Assembly: GCA_045863335.1 (NCBI GenBank)
Contig: BTVY01000031.1
Coordinates: forward strand, 1-64,000
Direction of reading: 5' to 3'
Length of the DNA: 64,000 nucleotides
Origin: Candidatus Hydrogenedentota bacterium
Lineage (GTDB): Bacteria > Hydrogenedentota > Hydrogenedentia > Hydrogenedentales > SLHB01
Shown here: piece by piece, positions 42,134 to 51,411 of the stretch
Numbering within the stretch: position 1 is the stretch's first letter
How the letters are laid out: each line of letters starts with the position of its first letter
Notes under the pieces: generated by a model
The model's input: the letters and a program-made list of their open reading frames with translations, nothing else
Told to the model about the DNA's origin: nothing
Databases searched by the model: none
Made by a program: the position numbers and the translations under genes

Positions 42134-44755
42134 CTATGCGGTTACCGCTTCGCTCGCTGGCGCCGGATTGCTCGCAAGAAACGTCTCACGCTTGAGCACT
42201 CTCGTCGACTGCGCGTCGAGACCCAGCAGCGGCAGGATTTCGCGCATGCGCACAGAGCGGCCACCGACCAACTCAATCTCGAGTTCGATCGTCGCCTGAT
42301 GCTCGCTCGCCTCGGCCAACTCCAAACGGCGTATCATGGGGCGGATATCGACCTCCATCTTCGGCGCGCGCCCTTTTCTGCCGCGAGCCTTCTTTGCCTT
42401 GCCGTCGCGTTCCACGATGATCTCGGGCGCGCCGTTTACGGCATCGATTCGCTCCCGGAGGGCGTCAGGATCGCCGGAAGCAAACAACGTGTAGGCAAAC
42501 CCTGTCGTGCATGCCATCAGGGCCGGGGCCTTGAGCGGCACTTCTTCGACCTGATAGGCCCGGATGCCTTCCGGCAGCGTCGCCTGGATCCGCCGCAACA
42601 GGTCCTCGGGATCCACGCGCTCCTTCAACACGATGTCCATGTAGTCGCCCCTGGATTCCTCGCCCACGGGCGGAGCGGTCGCGAAGGACAATTTCGGGTG
42701 GGCATGGAACCCCTGCGAATAGGAGATGGGCGTCCGCGCGCGCCGCAACGTGCGCACCCAGGAATTGACCAATTCCAGATGCGAAAGAAATCGCGCTTCG
42801 CCGTTGCGCCCGATGCGGAATCGCAGGCGCTGCACGGCCTCCGGCTCCTGGTACTCAGGCAAGGGAGTGGGCTTCCAGTTTTGCTCCTCGATGCGGCCCT
42901 GTTTCTGCCGCTTGAGCATGTGCTTGCACAGTTCCCGCTCGCGGTAGATCACGCCGCAGAGATGGCACTTGCCCGCCCGGCAATCCTGTGCGTGCTTCAG
43001 CTCCATGGCCCGCTGCCAGTCTTCCTGGAACCACTTCTTGGGAATCAGCATGTCGATGTGGTCCCACGGCAACCGCTCGTCGAGGTCGCGCGCGCGTAGC
43101 GCGTCGTCCACGTCGTAGTTCGTCTGCTCGATCGCATCGAGCCACGCCTTGAAGTTCAGGTGCTCGCCCCAGGATTCGAGGCGCGCCCCATTCCGCCACG
43201 CGGCCTCCAGCAAGTCGGCGCCCCGGCGGTCGGCCCGGGTCAGCAGACCTTCGATGAACGTGATCTCCGGCTCGTGCTTGCCAAACTTGATCGCGCCGTT
43301 GCCCCGGAATCCCTTCTCCAGAATGCCCTGACGCCGGTACGCCTCTTCCAGCGTGATCTGCTCAGCCCATTGGAACGGGGTGAACGGCTTGGGCACAAAG
43401 GTTGAAACGCCCGTGTTTACCTTGGCCCGGGGATTGATCGTGCGTCCCAGCTTCAAGGTCCGCAGACATAGGTCGACGATGGCTTCCACATCCTCGTCGC
43501 GCTCCGTGGGCAACCCGATCATGAAATAGGTTTTCACGTGGTTCCAGCCGCGCCCGTACGCCTCCGAGGACATGTTCAGCAGGTCTTCGTCGGGGATCCA
43601 CTTGTTGATAACCGCGCGCAGCCGCGGCGTGGCCGCTTCCGGCGCGAAGGTCAGGCCGCTGCGCCGGACGCCTGCCACCATATCGGCGAGTTCCACGGAA
43701 AAGGAATCCAGACGAAGCGATGGCAGCGACACGCTGACATTGCTCTCCGCTGCGCGCTTCGCCGCTTGCTCGACGAGCATGCGCGGCCGCGAAAAATCGC
43801 AAGTCGACAATGAAACCAGCGAAACTTCCTCATACCCCGTCGCGTCCAGGGTGCGCTCCATCAATTCGTCCACTTTCTCAATGGAACGCTCGCGCACGGG
43901 CCGCGTCACCATGCCCGCCTGACAGAACCGGCACCCTTGGGTGCAGCCGCGCAACACCTCCAGCCCGACACGGTCGTGGACCTGTTGCGTGTACGGCACG
44001 ATGTAGTTTGTTGGAAAGGTCGCGCCGTCCAAATCCTGCAAGGTGCGCTTCACGATCTTCGGCGCGTCCTCCTTCGGCAGAATGCGCCCGTCTGGCATCG
44101 TCTCAAAGGGATACAACTCCGGAACATAGATCCCTTCCAGTTTCGCCAGCGCTTCGAGCTTCGTTCGCCGCGGTTCGTCTTTCATCGCGCGGAGGACTTC
44201 CGCGATTTCAACGATCACATCCTCGCCATCGCCGATAACAAAGAAGTCGATAAATGGCGCCAGCGGTTCCGGATTGAACACCGAAGGTCCACCCGCCATC
44301 GTGAGCGGATGCGAATCGTCGCGGTGCTCCGTACGCAACGGAATTCCGGAAAGATCGAGCAAATTCAGGATGTTCGCGTAGTTCAACTCCGTCTGCAGCG
44401 TGAACCCAATCAGATCCATCGCGCCGAGAGCGTCTTTCGACTCGTTCGTGAACGCCGGGAGCCCGCGCTTGCGGAGCGCCGCTTCCATGTCCGGCGCGGG
44501 GGTATAGCCCCGCTCGCACCAGCACCAGGGCAGCTTGTTCAGGATCGCGTACAGAATGAGGATGCCCAGATTCCCGAGCCCCAAGTCGTAAAGGTCGGGA
44601 AACACAAGCGCGACTCGCAGATCGATTTCCGCCGGGTCCTTGTGCGTCGAATTCAACTCCGTTCCCATGTAGCGGGACGGCTTCTCCACACCCGGCAGAA
44701 TCTCGTTATACAACACGTCGCGAAGGGACGTGGTCTTTTCCGAAACGGTCGCCAT
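42134..44755 (-). CDS. B12-binding radical SAM protein (TIGR03960-type) fused to DUF2344 (TIGR03936) domain
   Basis: VEKPSRYMGTE, RGCTQGCRFCQAG, GLTFAPEA; C-terminal RFLSHLEL...YSQGFHAHPKLSF; start MATVSE after AGGAG. Confidence 0.9.
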   Translation of the reverse strand: MATVSEKTTSLRDVLYNEILPGVEKPSRYMGTELNSTHKDPAEIDLRVALVFPDLYDLGLGNLGILILYAILNKLPWCWCERGYTPAPDMEAALRKRGLPAFTNESKDALGAMDLIGFTLQTELNYANILNLLDLSGIPLRTEHRDDSHPLTMAGGPSVFNPEPLAPFIDFFVIGDGEDVIVEIAEVLRAMKDEPRRTKLEALAKLEGIYVPELYPFETMPDGRILPKEDAPKIVKRTLQDLDGATFPTNYIVPYTQQVHDRVGLEVLRGCTQGCRFCQAGMVTRPVRERSIEKVDELMERTLDATGYEEVSLVSLSTCDFSRPRMLVEQAAKRAAESNVSVSLPSLRLDSFSVELADMVAGVRRSGLTFAPEAATPRLRAVINKWIPDEDLLNMSSEAYGRGWNHVKTYFMIGLPTERDEDVEAIVDLCLRTLKLGRTINPRAKVNTGVSTFVPKPFTPFQWAEQITLEEAYRRQGILEKGFRGNGAIKFGKHEPEITFIEGLLTRADRRGADLLEAAWRNGARLESWGEHLNFKAWLDAIEQTNYDVDDALRARDLDERLPWDHIDMLIPKKWFQEDWQRAMELKHAQDCRAGKCHLCGVIYRERELCKHMLKRQKQGRIEEQNWKPTPLPEYQEPEAVQRLRFRIGRNGEARFLSHLELVNSWVRTLRRARTPISYSQGFHAHPKLSFATAPPVGEESRGDYMDIVLKERVDPEDLLRRIQATLPEGIRAYQVEEVPLKAPALMACTTGFAYTLFASGDPDALRERIDAVNGAPEIIVERDGKAKKARGRKGRAPKMEVDIRPMIRRLELAEASEHQATIELEIELVGGRSVRMREILPLLGLDAQSTRVLKRETFLASNPAPASEAVTA

Positions 44756-44805
44756 TACCTCTCCTGTAAGAATCGTGCCGCAGGCGTCCCGCCTGCCAAA
44801 TTTCG

Positions 44806-46128
44806 TTACGCGGCCGGCGAATTCCATGCCGCCAGGGTGCCTTCATAATCGAAAATCTCGTGGGCGTTCCCGCGCATAATGCGATCCACCAACGCGGGCA
44901 CTTCGCCGTCGTTTACCCACCCGTCCGAGATCAATTCGCTGACTGCCTGCGCCAACCCTTTCCGCGCGATTGCCGCGTGGCCCGGCACCATTTCCACCGG
45001 ACCGTAGTCCCCGCCGAATGTCAAGAGCTTCGTGTGCGGCGCGGCCATCAAGAATTCCTTCGTAAACCGAACACTCGCGAGGGGATTGATAATCCAGGCC
45101 CAGCACATGTCCACATACGCGTTCGGGTAGTGCTTGGCCAGCGCAATCGCCTCGTCCTGATACGGATACGAGATATGCATGATGATGAACTTCGCATCCG
45201 GATGCGCCTTGATGATGGGGCACAAGTCTCCAACGTTCGCGCCCACGCGATGCAAGGGCATGTGGTTGTTCCCTGCGTAATACCCCGTGTGCAGCTTCAC
45301 CGGCAGGTTGTAATCGACCGCCTTGCGGATGCAGTAGTGGAACAAGTGGTCCTGAATCGCCTTCTTCTCAAACTCGGCGGAACCCTTGGCATCCCGAATA
45401 TGCCGGGCGAACAACGGTGCCGCGTCGTTCGCCGGTACGTCATCATAATCCAGCCTTCGCGCATAGGCGCTCTGATTCTTGATGGCAATGGCGCGGGGTC
45501 CATACGTCTCAAACACCCAGTCGATAATCTCATGCCAGTCCTGCAGCGAGCCGACTTCCCGGTTCGCCTTTTTCGCGTAGGGCTCAATATTCAATCCCGA
45601 ACTCATCCCCACGAAGCTCAGGTCCTGGCAAAGCAGATCGGGATACTCCGTCTCATTGAACACCGGGTCTTCGAAGCTGTTGACCTGCGTATGTTCAATC
45701 TTCGATACATCCCGCAGCAGCCGCTTGAAATACCCGGGCGCGATCTGGCCGCGAATCAGATCCGAGATGCGCGCGTAGTTGTCGTCTGTGATGTCGTCCT
45801 CGCCGAACATGAGGCGCAAGGATTCCCGCACGTTCTGCAAATACCCGGTATGACGCGTTCGCGCATAGATGGGGCCAATCAATCGCCACTTCTCGTGCAC
45901 GTCGGTCATCGGATCGACCATCTTCTTTCGATCCTCCGCCGAAAGTCCTGCCGATACCAGGTCGGAGTCCGCATAATGATAGAAGAGGATACCCAAGTCG
46001 CTCGGCATCGGGTGCTGGCCCGGTTCCGCCAGCGCGGACAGACGCGTCCGCTCCTCCCACAAGTGCTCATGGGTGTCGACGAAAGGGGTCGCGTTGACAA
46101 GATCGAGGATTTCCGAGTGAATCGCCAT
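44806..46128 (-). CDS. Amidohydrolase superfamily protein (uronate isomerase-like)
   Basis: VDTHEHL, PVKLHTGY, MHISYPY, YVDMCWAW, FGGDY. Confidence 0.8.
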   Translation of the reverse strand: MAIHSEILDLVNATPFVDTHEHLWEERTRLSALAEPGQHPMPSDLGILFYHYADSDLVSAGLSAEDRKKMVDPMTDVHEKWRLIGPIYARTRHTGYLQNVRESLRLMFGEDDITDDNYARISDLIRGQIAPGYFKRLLRDVSKIEHTQVNSFEDPVFNETEYPDLLCQDLSFVGMSSGLNIEPYAKKANREVGSLQDWHEIIDWVFETYGPRAIAIKNQSAYARRLDYDDVPANDAAPLFARHIRDAKGSAEFEKKAIQDHLFHYCIRKAVDYNLPVKLHTGYYAGNNHMPLHRVGANVGDLCPIIKAHPDAKFIIMHISYPYQDEAIALAKHYPNAYVDMCWAWIINPLASVRFTKEFLMAAPHTKLLTFGGDYGPVEMVPGHAAIARKGLAQAVSELISDGWVNDGEVPALVDRIMRGNAHEIFDYEGTLAAWNSPAA

Positions 46129-46230
46129 GGCCGATAGCTCCGCGTTGGCCAGTACAATACCTTGCAACAAAATAGGGTAGCGCGTTGCGGGCTCTCCGGC
46201 AAGTTTTGTTCCTGTCGATATGCCCACTCG

Positions 46231-46260
46231 GACCGATCCGACCGATCGGTCGGATCAGTC
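46231..46260. repeat. 9-mer-based palindrome (family with 15472 and 17497)
   Basis: GACCGATCCGACCGA|TCGGTCGGATCAGTC, one mismatch. Confidence 0.65.
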
Positions 46261-46342
46261 CCACCAAAAAAGTACTCCACTACAGCAAGAAGCGCCGGAA
46301 GACCCTTGCCTTCCGGCGCCTTCACAAATCATTGTCTGTTCG

Positions 46343-47095
46343 CTATTCCTGCGGAATTGCGATGCTGCTGTCTTCAACGACCTCGAGCAGCTCGATGTCG
46401 AAAATAAGCGTCGCGTTCGGCGGAATGTCCTGGCCCGCGCCGCGCTCGCCGTAGGCCAAGTCCGACGGAATAAACAGCTTCCACTTGTCGCCCACCTGCA
46501 TCAACTGCAACGCCTCCGTCCAGCCTGCGATGACGCCATTGACGGGAAACTCGGCCGGTTCGCCGCGCGCATAGGAGCTGTCAAATTCGGTGCCGTCAAT
46601 CAACGTGCCGCGGTAGTGGGTCCGCACCACGTCACTCGCTTCCGGCGTCGCGCCGTCACCTTCTTCCACGACGACATACTGCAGGCCCGACTCGGTGGTC
46701 TTCACGCCCGGCTTCTCGGCGTTCTCGGCAAGAAACTTGGCGCCTTCCGCGCCGGCTTTTGCGCCGGCTTCCGCGCGCTCAGCCTGCATCTTCGCCATCA
46801 TTTGCTCGCGGAACGTCGTCATCGCCTGCTGCATTTCTTCCTGGGTCATGGCCAGTTCCCGGCCCGCACGCGCATCGGTCAGTCCGCGAACAAAGGCGTC
46901 CATATCAATTTCGATGCCGTCCGACTTGATGCTGGTGCCAATCTGCGATCCGATAACATACGAAACCTTTTGGGCTTCGGTTTCCAGCTTGATGGGCGCC
47001 GGCTTCGCCTCTTCTTTGTCGCCTTCGGCGGCAAACGCGGCGACCGGTGCCAAAATGACGGCCGCAAGCACGGCTAATGTCAACAGATTCTTCAC
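46343..47095 (-). CDS. FKBP-type peptidyl-prolyl cis-trans isomerase (FkpA/Mip family)
   Basis: Signal peptide from GTG 47095; KVSYVIG, TTESGLQY, HYRGTLIDGTEFDSS, VIAGWTEALQLM, IPPNATLIFDIEL. Confidence 0.95.
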   Translation of the reverse strand: MKNLLTLAVLAAVILAPVAAFAAEGDKEEAKPAPIKLETEAQKVSYVIGSQIGTSIKSDGIEIDMDAFVRGLTDARAGRELAMTQEEMQQAMTTFREQMMAKMQAERAEAGAKAGAEGAKFLAENAEKPGVKTTESGLQYVVVEEGDGATPEASDVVRTHYRGTLIDGTEFDSSYARGEPAEFPVNGVIAGWTEALQLMQVGDKWKLFIPSDLAYGERGAGQDIPPNATLIFDIELLEVVEDSSIAIPQE

Positions 47096-47233
47096 GGTAG
47101 ACTCCTTCTGGGTTTGGTGTAGCTGCACATACTCGACTGGTTGTCCCGTCCGGGGACCGGAAAGCGCAGAGAGGATATTGTACACGGAACAGCTGCGCGA
47201 TTCCGCAAAATTCTTTTGCGCCGGGATCTACGC

Positions 47234-47605
47234 CTAACTATCCCGCAAGAACGCCTCAATCGAAGCCCGGTGGTCGCCCTGGATCTCCACGTCCCCATCC
47301 CGGAGAACACCCCCGGCTCCGCATCGTTTCTTCAAGGACTTAAGCAGGTGCTCGGCATCGCCGGATACATTGCGCACCACCGTGACCACCTTGCCTTTCG
47401 CACGCCGTTCAACGAACACCGGCAGGCCACCCTTCCGCGTATTTTCAACGCGAAACCGAGGACCCGCAGACTTTTCCGCCCCGACCGGACTGGTTTCCGG
47501 TTCCGGCTGCTGCGGAAGACCCGCATTCAGGTCGGCCAGCGAACCGAAAGGGTTGTCACTCAAAGGCTTACCATCGCCACTGAGGTCGTATCGTTTCTTG
47601 CTCAA
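47234..47605 (-). CDS. Translation initiation factor SUI1 family (YciH-like)
   Basis: KGKVVTVV, LKSLKKRCGAGG, VEIQGDHR. Confidence 0.85.
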   Translation of the reverse strand: MSKKRYDLSGDGKPLSDNPFGSLADLNAGLPQQPEPETSPVGAEKSAGPRFRVENTRKGGLPVFVERRAKGKVVTVVRNVSGDAEHLLKSLKKRCGAGGVLRDGDVEIQGDHRASIEAFLRDS

Positions 47606-47690
47606 CGTAAACTCCAGCTAAAATCAATAGCCGCCAAAAGACTTCGGCTACGGAACCTTATCCAGATATGGCGGGACAGTCCTTTTTGAA

Positions 47691-47740
47691 TTTTGGTCCT
47701 TCGAATTTGTTTCGGATTTCGTGTTTCGGATTTCGAATTC
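47691..47740. repeat. ~50-bp dispersed 7-mer-period repeat, copy 1
   Basis: TTTTGGTCCTTCGAATTTGTTTCGGATTTCGTGTTTCGGATTTCGAATT; near-identical to 54491-54543 and to the reverse complement of 49969-50030. Confidence 0.75.
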
Positions 47741-48752
47741 ATTCGCCACCATCGGCTGCACCATTCTCCACACCTTGAAACGGTCCCGGAACCCCCTCCC
47801 GGGGTGCCAGTACCGCCGCTATCTCGTTCAGAAATAAGCGTCGCAATGCATCGTAGCCCCGATTATTGGGATCTTCAAGGTTGGTGAAATACCAATAGTG
47901 CGGGTCCTCCGGCCGGTAATGCTCGCGCCACCATTGGATACAATGCACGCCGTGTCCGAGGAACGGACCGCGGATGTCGACTAGATGCACGTTGTCATGC
48001 CGGACCGTCGCGCCGGCAATGACGCTGTTGTAGGCTTCATGGATGGCGAGCAGATCCGGCCAGGGAGGAAGTCCCGCCGCAGCCGGATTCCCAACTCCAT
48101 CCGAGGGGTCGTAGATGTTCGCCAGGAAGATCTGACACCCGCCGGGAAAGGCCGCCTCTACTTTCGCCAGCATGCGGTCCAAACGTGCGCGAAAGTTTTC
48201 GATCCACGGTCGCGCTTGATCCATGGTCGCTCCATACATCGCGCCTTCCTTAGACTCGCCCCGGCCATACCAATGAATGAGGTCGTTTCCACCGGTAGTC
48301 ACCACCACGATCCCATAGGTGTCGGGCGGAAACGTTTCCAGGGGTTCAATCTGCTCGGACCAATGCTCCAGCGACGTAGACCCGGAGACGGAGATATTCA
48401 TTGGCTTGAGTTGAGGGAACACGGCGTTCAGGCATATACCCTCCATGTCCTCGAACTCGCCCGGCGGATTCTGCACGAGCCGCTCGAAATACGAGAGGCC
48501 CGGGTCCGCGCCGAATCCCGCCGTCACGCTGTCGCCAAGCCCGAGGAGCACCACCGGCCTGTCCGTCCAGGTCGATTCAAACGGCTCGCGCGCCACGGCT
48601 GGTCCGGCCGGTCCATCGCCCACCGGCGGCGGGAACCAGAATCGAAACGTCGCGAAATAGCGGAGGTAGGCGAGCGATCCGCCGACTACCAGCGTGCCAA
48701 TTATTAGAAGCGCGAGGGTGCGTCGCGGGCTGCTGTTCGTTATTTTGGACAT
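47739..48752 (-). CDS. SGNH/GDSL hydrolase family protein
   Basis: LGLGDSVTAG, NISVSGSTS, TGGND; N-terminal TM; block V reads EDPNNRGY rather than DxxH. Confidence 0.8.
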   Translation of the reverse strand: MSKITNSSPRRTLALLIIGTLVVGGSLAYLRYFATFRFWFPPPVGDGPAGPAVAREPFESTWTDRPVVLLGLGDSVTAGFGADPGLSYFERLVQNPPGEFEDMEGICLNAVFPQLKPMNISVSGSTSLEHWSEQIEPLETFPPDTYGIVVVTTGGNDLIHWYGRGESKEGAMYGATMDQARPWIENFRARLDRMLAKVEAAFPGGCQIFLANIYDPSDGVGNPAAAGLPPWPDLLAIHEAYNSVIAGATVRHDNVHLVDIRGPFLGHGVHCIQWWREHYRPEDPHYWYFTNLEDPNNRGYDALRRLFLNEIAAVLAPREGVPGPFQGVENGAADGGE

Positions 48753-48884
48753 TTCAGACTACCCGTAGTTTTCTTTCCGGCGCAGAGCATGGCGAATCAG
48801 AATGATGCCGGAAACGCGACGCGATCAGGAAAACATCACGAAATTTTCCTTTGCGAATCCGGTGCGCATAGGGTAAGGTATATT

Positions 48885-49130
48885 CAGTGAGACACGTGGC
48901 GGCGAAGGCACTCGATGGGGAGTGGCCGGGATACGTCAGCGGCGTCGGAAAGGAGGTGGTCCATCTATGAGTAGTCCGAGTACGATTCCTGACGCCATAG
49001 TTGGACATGCCCTAGGTATGACCAAAATGGAGATTCTTGTCAAGGAGATCCGTTCGTAACTGTGGCGTTAGGAGCTACAGAGGACTGTATCTAACACGGG
49101 GCGGCGTCCAGCAGGATGCCGCCCCGCGTT
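48885..49130 (+). ncRNA. Candidate structured small RNA / sORF-containing transcript
   Basis: Promoter-like TTGCGA-17-TAAGGT (48851-48879); 16-bp stem 48987-49002/49058-49073 with two G-U pairs enclosing two hairpins; closing 13-bp hairpin 49097-49126. Confidence 0.55.
48967..49059 (+). CDS. 30-aa small ORF MSSPSTIPDAIVGHALGMTKMEILVKEIRS
   Basis: Preceded by the extended SD AAAGGAGGTGGTCCA (48949-48963). Confidence 0.45.
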   Translation: MSSPSTIPDAIVGHALGMTKMEILVKEIRS

Positions 49131-49134
49131 CCTT
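49097..49134 (+). terminator. GC-rich hairpin closing the candidate RNA
   Basis: CGGGGCGGCGTCC-AGCA-GGATGCCGCCCCG then CGTTCCTT (weak U tract). Confidence 0.55.
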
Positions 49135-49156
49135 ATCTCGCGGGAGGGGACTTGCG

Positions 49157-49843
49157 ATGGGGAATGGGGAGCGAACCTACCGGATTCGCCGGGCCATGGC
49201 GCGGCCCGGTCTGGACGGCGACTGGGACAGCGAGGTCTGGTCGCACGCGGACACGGCGCACATCAACCTATTCCGGCCGGAAGGCAGCAATCATCACCCC
49301 GATACCCGGGTCAAGCTGCTCTACGACGACGAAGGCCTCTATCTGATTTTCCGCGTATACGACCAATTCGTGCAATGCCTCGCCACCGAATATCAAGGGC
49401 ACGTCTACGAAGACGCCTGCGTCGAGTTCTTCGTCCAACCCCGGCGCGACGCCGGATACTTCAACTTCGAAATGAACTGCGGCGGGGTACTGCTGCTTAA
49501 GTACATCGAGGACGCCCGGCGCACCGAGACCGGCTTCGAGAAGTTCGTTAATGTGCCATCCGAATTAGGTTCCGAAGTCGTCGCCTTTCATTCCCTGAAC
49601 GCCCCGATCGAGGAAGAGATCGTAGACCCCGTCGAATGGCGCGTCGAGTACTCCATCCCCTTCAGCCTTTTCGAGCATTACGTCGGCCCCTTGGGAAACG
49701 TTTCCGGCCAGACCTGGCGCGGCAACTTCTACAAATGCGCCGACGGCAGTTCCCATCCCCACTGGGCCTCCTGGGCCCCCATAGGCCGCGAACTCAACTT
49801 CCATGTCCCGGAGCATTTCGCCACGCTTCGCTTCGACCCGTAA
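49157..49843 (+). CDS. Carbohydrate-binding family 9-like (DOMON-like) protein
   Basis: GGGAGG SD; LDGDWD..VW, VKLLYDDEGLY, VYEDACVEFF, YFNFEMNCGG, WRGNFYKC, NFHVPEHF. Confidence 0.85.
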   Translation: MGNGERTYRIRRAMARPGLDGDWDSEVWSHADTAHINLFRPEGSNHHPDTRVKLLYDDEGLYLIFRVYDQFVQCLATEYQGHVYEDACVEFFVQPRRDAGYFNFEMNCGGVLLLKYIEDARRTETGFEKFVNVPSELGSEVVAFHSLNAPIEEEIVDPVEWRVEYSIPFSLFEHYVGPLGNVSGQTWRGNFYKCADGSSHPHWASWAPIGRELNFHVPEHFATLRFDP

Positions 49844-49919
49844 CGCGCCGCAGAGAAAGGGAACAGCCACGCGCCTCGGCATCGCTATTTCCTGAGTTTC
49901 TGCAATCGGTTCGTTTTTC

Positions 49920-50196
49920 ATGACCCCGAAAGGGTGTAACAGGACAGCCCAGCGCGGCACAGCCGCAACCAAATTCGAATCTCGAAGCACGAAATCGGAA
50001 ACAAATTCAAATGACCGAAATCCGAATGAGGAAAACACTTCAGCCGGGTCGAGGACAACAACGGCCAACACGAGGACGGGTGCCACGGTAGCCCCGGATG
50101 GGGCGACTCGAATGTAGCCCAAGGTGGAGCGAGGCACGAGCGGAACCTTGGGTCACCCGGCCCCCCCCCACCATACAGCCCCCGAATGGGGGCGGC
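49920..50196. repeat. Cluster of intergenic repeats: 7-mer repeat copy 2 (49969-50030) and REP-like doublet (50090-50196)
   Basis: AGCCCCGGATGGGGCGAC..TAGCCCAAGG..CCTTGGG..AGCCCCCGAATGGGGGCGGC; ACCCCGAAAGGGT near 49923. Confidence 0.65.
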
Positions 50197-50274
50197 AGGG
50201 CTGGCGCGCAAGTCTGCGGTCTGCCGACCTTCGCGACCAATTGCGGATGGGGATGCCCTGTATCGGCGATATAG

Positions 50275-50311
50275 AAAAACGAGTCAGCCACGCTCTCGGT
50301 GTGGCTGACTC
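50275..50311 (-). terminator. Rho-independent terminator of the DUF4349 gene
   Basis: GAGTCAGCCAC/GTGGCTGACTC stem with TTTTT on the - strand. Confidence 0.7.
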
Positions 50312-50345
50312 TCCATGTACTAGGCTCCTTCATCGTCCGATCGGT

Positions 50346-51275
50346 CTACGACGCCGCCTGCTGCTTCCGCCAACGGCGATAGCCGAAGTACGCCGCCAGC
50401 ACCGGCAGCAACCATACCGGGCTCCAGACCAGGATCCAGATCACCTTCGTCCAGATGGCCTGCCCGAATCCGACCAGGGACCGAATCGCTTCGGAGAACA
50501 CTTTGCCCGTGCTGAAGGATTGGGCCGGCACGACCGGCTCGGATTTCGCCGCTTCCTGCAAGGTGATTGAAATGGTCGAATAGGCGACCCGGTCGGCCAG
50601 GAACCGCAGTTGCCCTTCCAGCCGCTCGATCTCCTCGCGGATACGCGTCAGCTCCTGCTCGACGCGCAGCACTTCTTCCAGCACGCCCGCCCGGCTGAGG
50701 TGGTCGAGCAGGCGCTCTTCCGTCCGCTTCAGATTCCGCGAACGCGCCTCCGTGTCCACGTACTGCTCGGTCACGTCCTGCGTGTTGACCTGTTTGTTCA
50801 ACACCTTGCCCAGCGTCTCCACCTGCATCATGGATTGATCGAAACGATCCGACGGAATCCGAACCTGCATGATTACCGTGCGCTTGCCATACGCGTTCAC
50901 CGACTCCCGCAGATCCGACACGTAACCATCCACTTGCGCCAACGCCGCCGTGAGCTGTTCCGTCGCCGCGCGAGCGTCCTCCGTCTCGATGACGACCGTC
51001 GCGTTTTTGATGAGATAGCGGTCCGGTTTGCTCCGCGCCAGCACGTCCAGCCCGCCAACCCCCGAGGCATCCCCAGCCGCCGCCGCCTCGTCCGAAGCGC
51101 CCATCGCACCTGCCTCCTGCTGCTTTCCGGCAACGTTACGCCCCCGCATCTCCAGTTCGGCCATTGCTGCAGGAGCTTCAGATGCGTACGTGTCCGCCGC
51201 TTCCCGGTACCCTTTACCGCACGCGCCCACGACCAGCGCACATAGGCCGATTGCCACAAGTAGCTTCGTTTTCAT
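50346..51275 (-). CDS. DUF4349 domain-containing lipoprotein
   Basis: MKTKLLV...VGAC lipobox; QVRIPSDRFD, QDVTEQYVD, EIERLEGQLRFL.DRVAYSTI, C-terminal TM. Confidence 0.85.
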   Translation of the reverse strand: MKTKLLVAIGLCALVVGACGKGYREAADTYASEAPAAMAELEMRGRNVAGKQQEAGAMGASDEAAAAGDASGVGGLDVLARSKPDRYLIKNATVVIETEDARAATEQLTAALAQVDGYVSDLRESVNAYGKRTVIMQVRIPSDRFDQSMMQVETLGKVLNKQVNTQDVTEQYVDTEARSRNLKRTEERLLDHLSRAGVLEEVLRVEQELTRIREEIERLEGQLRFLADRVAYSTISITLQEAAKSEPVVPAQSFSTGKVFSEAIRSLVGFGQAIWTKVIWILVWSPVWLLPVLAAYFGYRRWRKQQAAS

Positions 51276-51411
51276 AGCTGATTCCTTCCCATCCGCCCAA
51301 AGGCGTTCCGGTGTATCTGCTGCCTTGGACACCGGCAAGTAGAGAAGGTTCGAGAAGTGGAAGGTCGGCGTATGGACCGAGGTGGGGGAGAAGTCGCGCC
51401 GTGAAACTTGG

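Noticed and set aside
42134-44755. Radical SAM as maturase for the small peptides
   Set aside because: It is the widespread TIGR03960/TIGR03936-type fusion with no SPASM or RRE features seen, and it is not adjacent to the peptides
48754-49008. 84-aa - strand ORF and the upstream-extended start (49037) of the CBM9-like gene
   Set aside because: No motifs or clear SD; + strand signals and G-U pairing polarity favour a + strand RNA, and the CBM9-like gene has an SD at 49157
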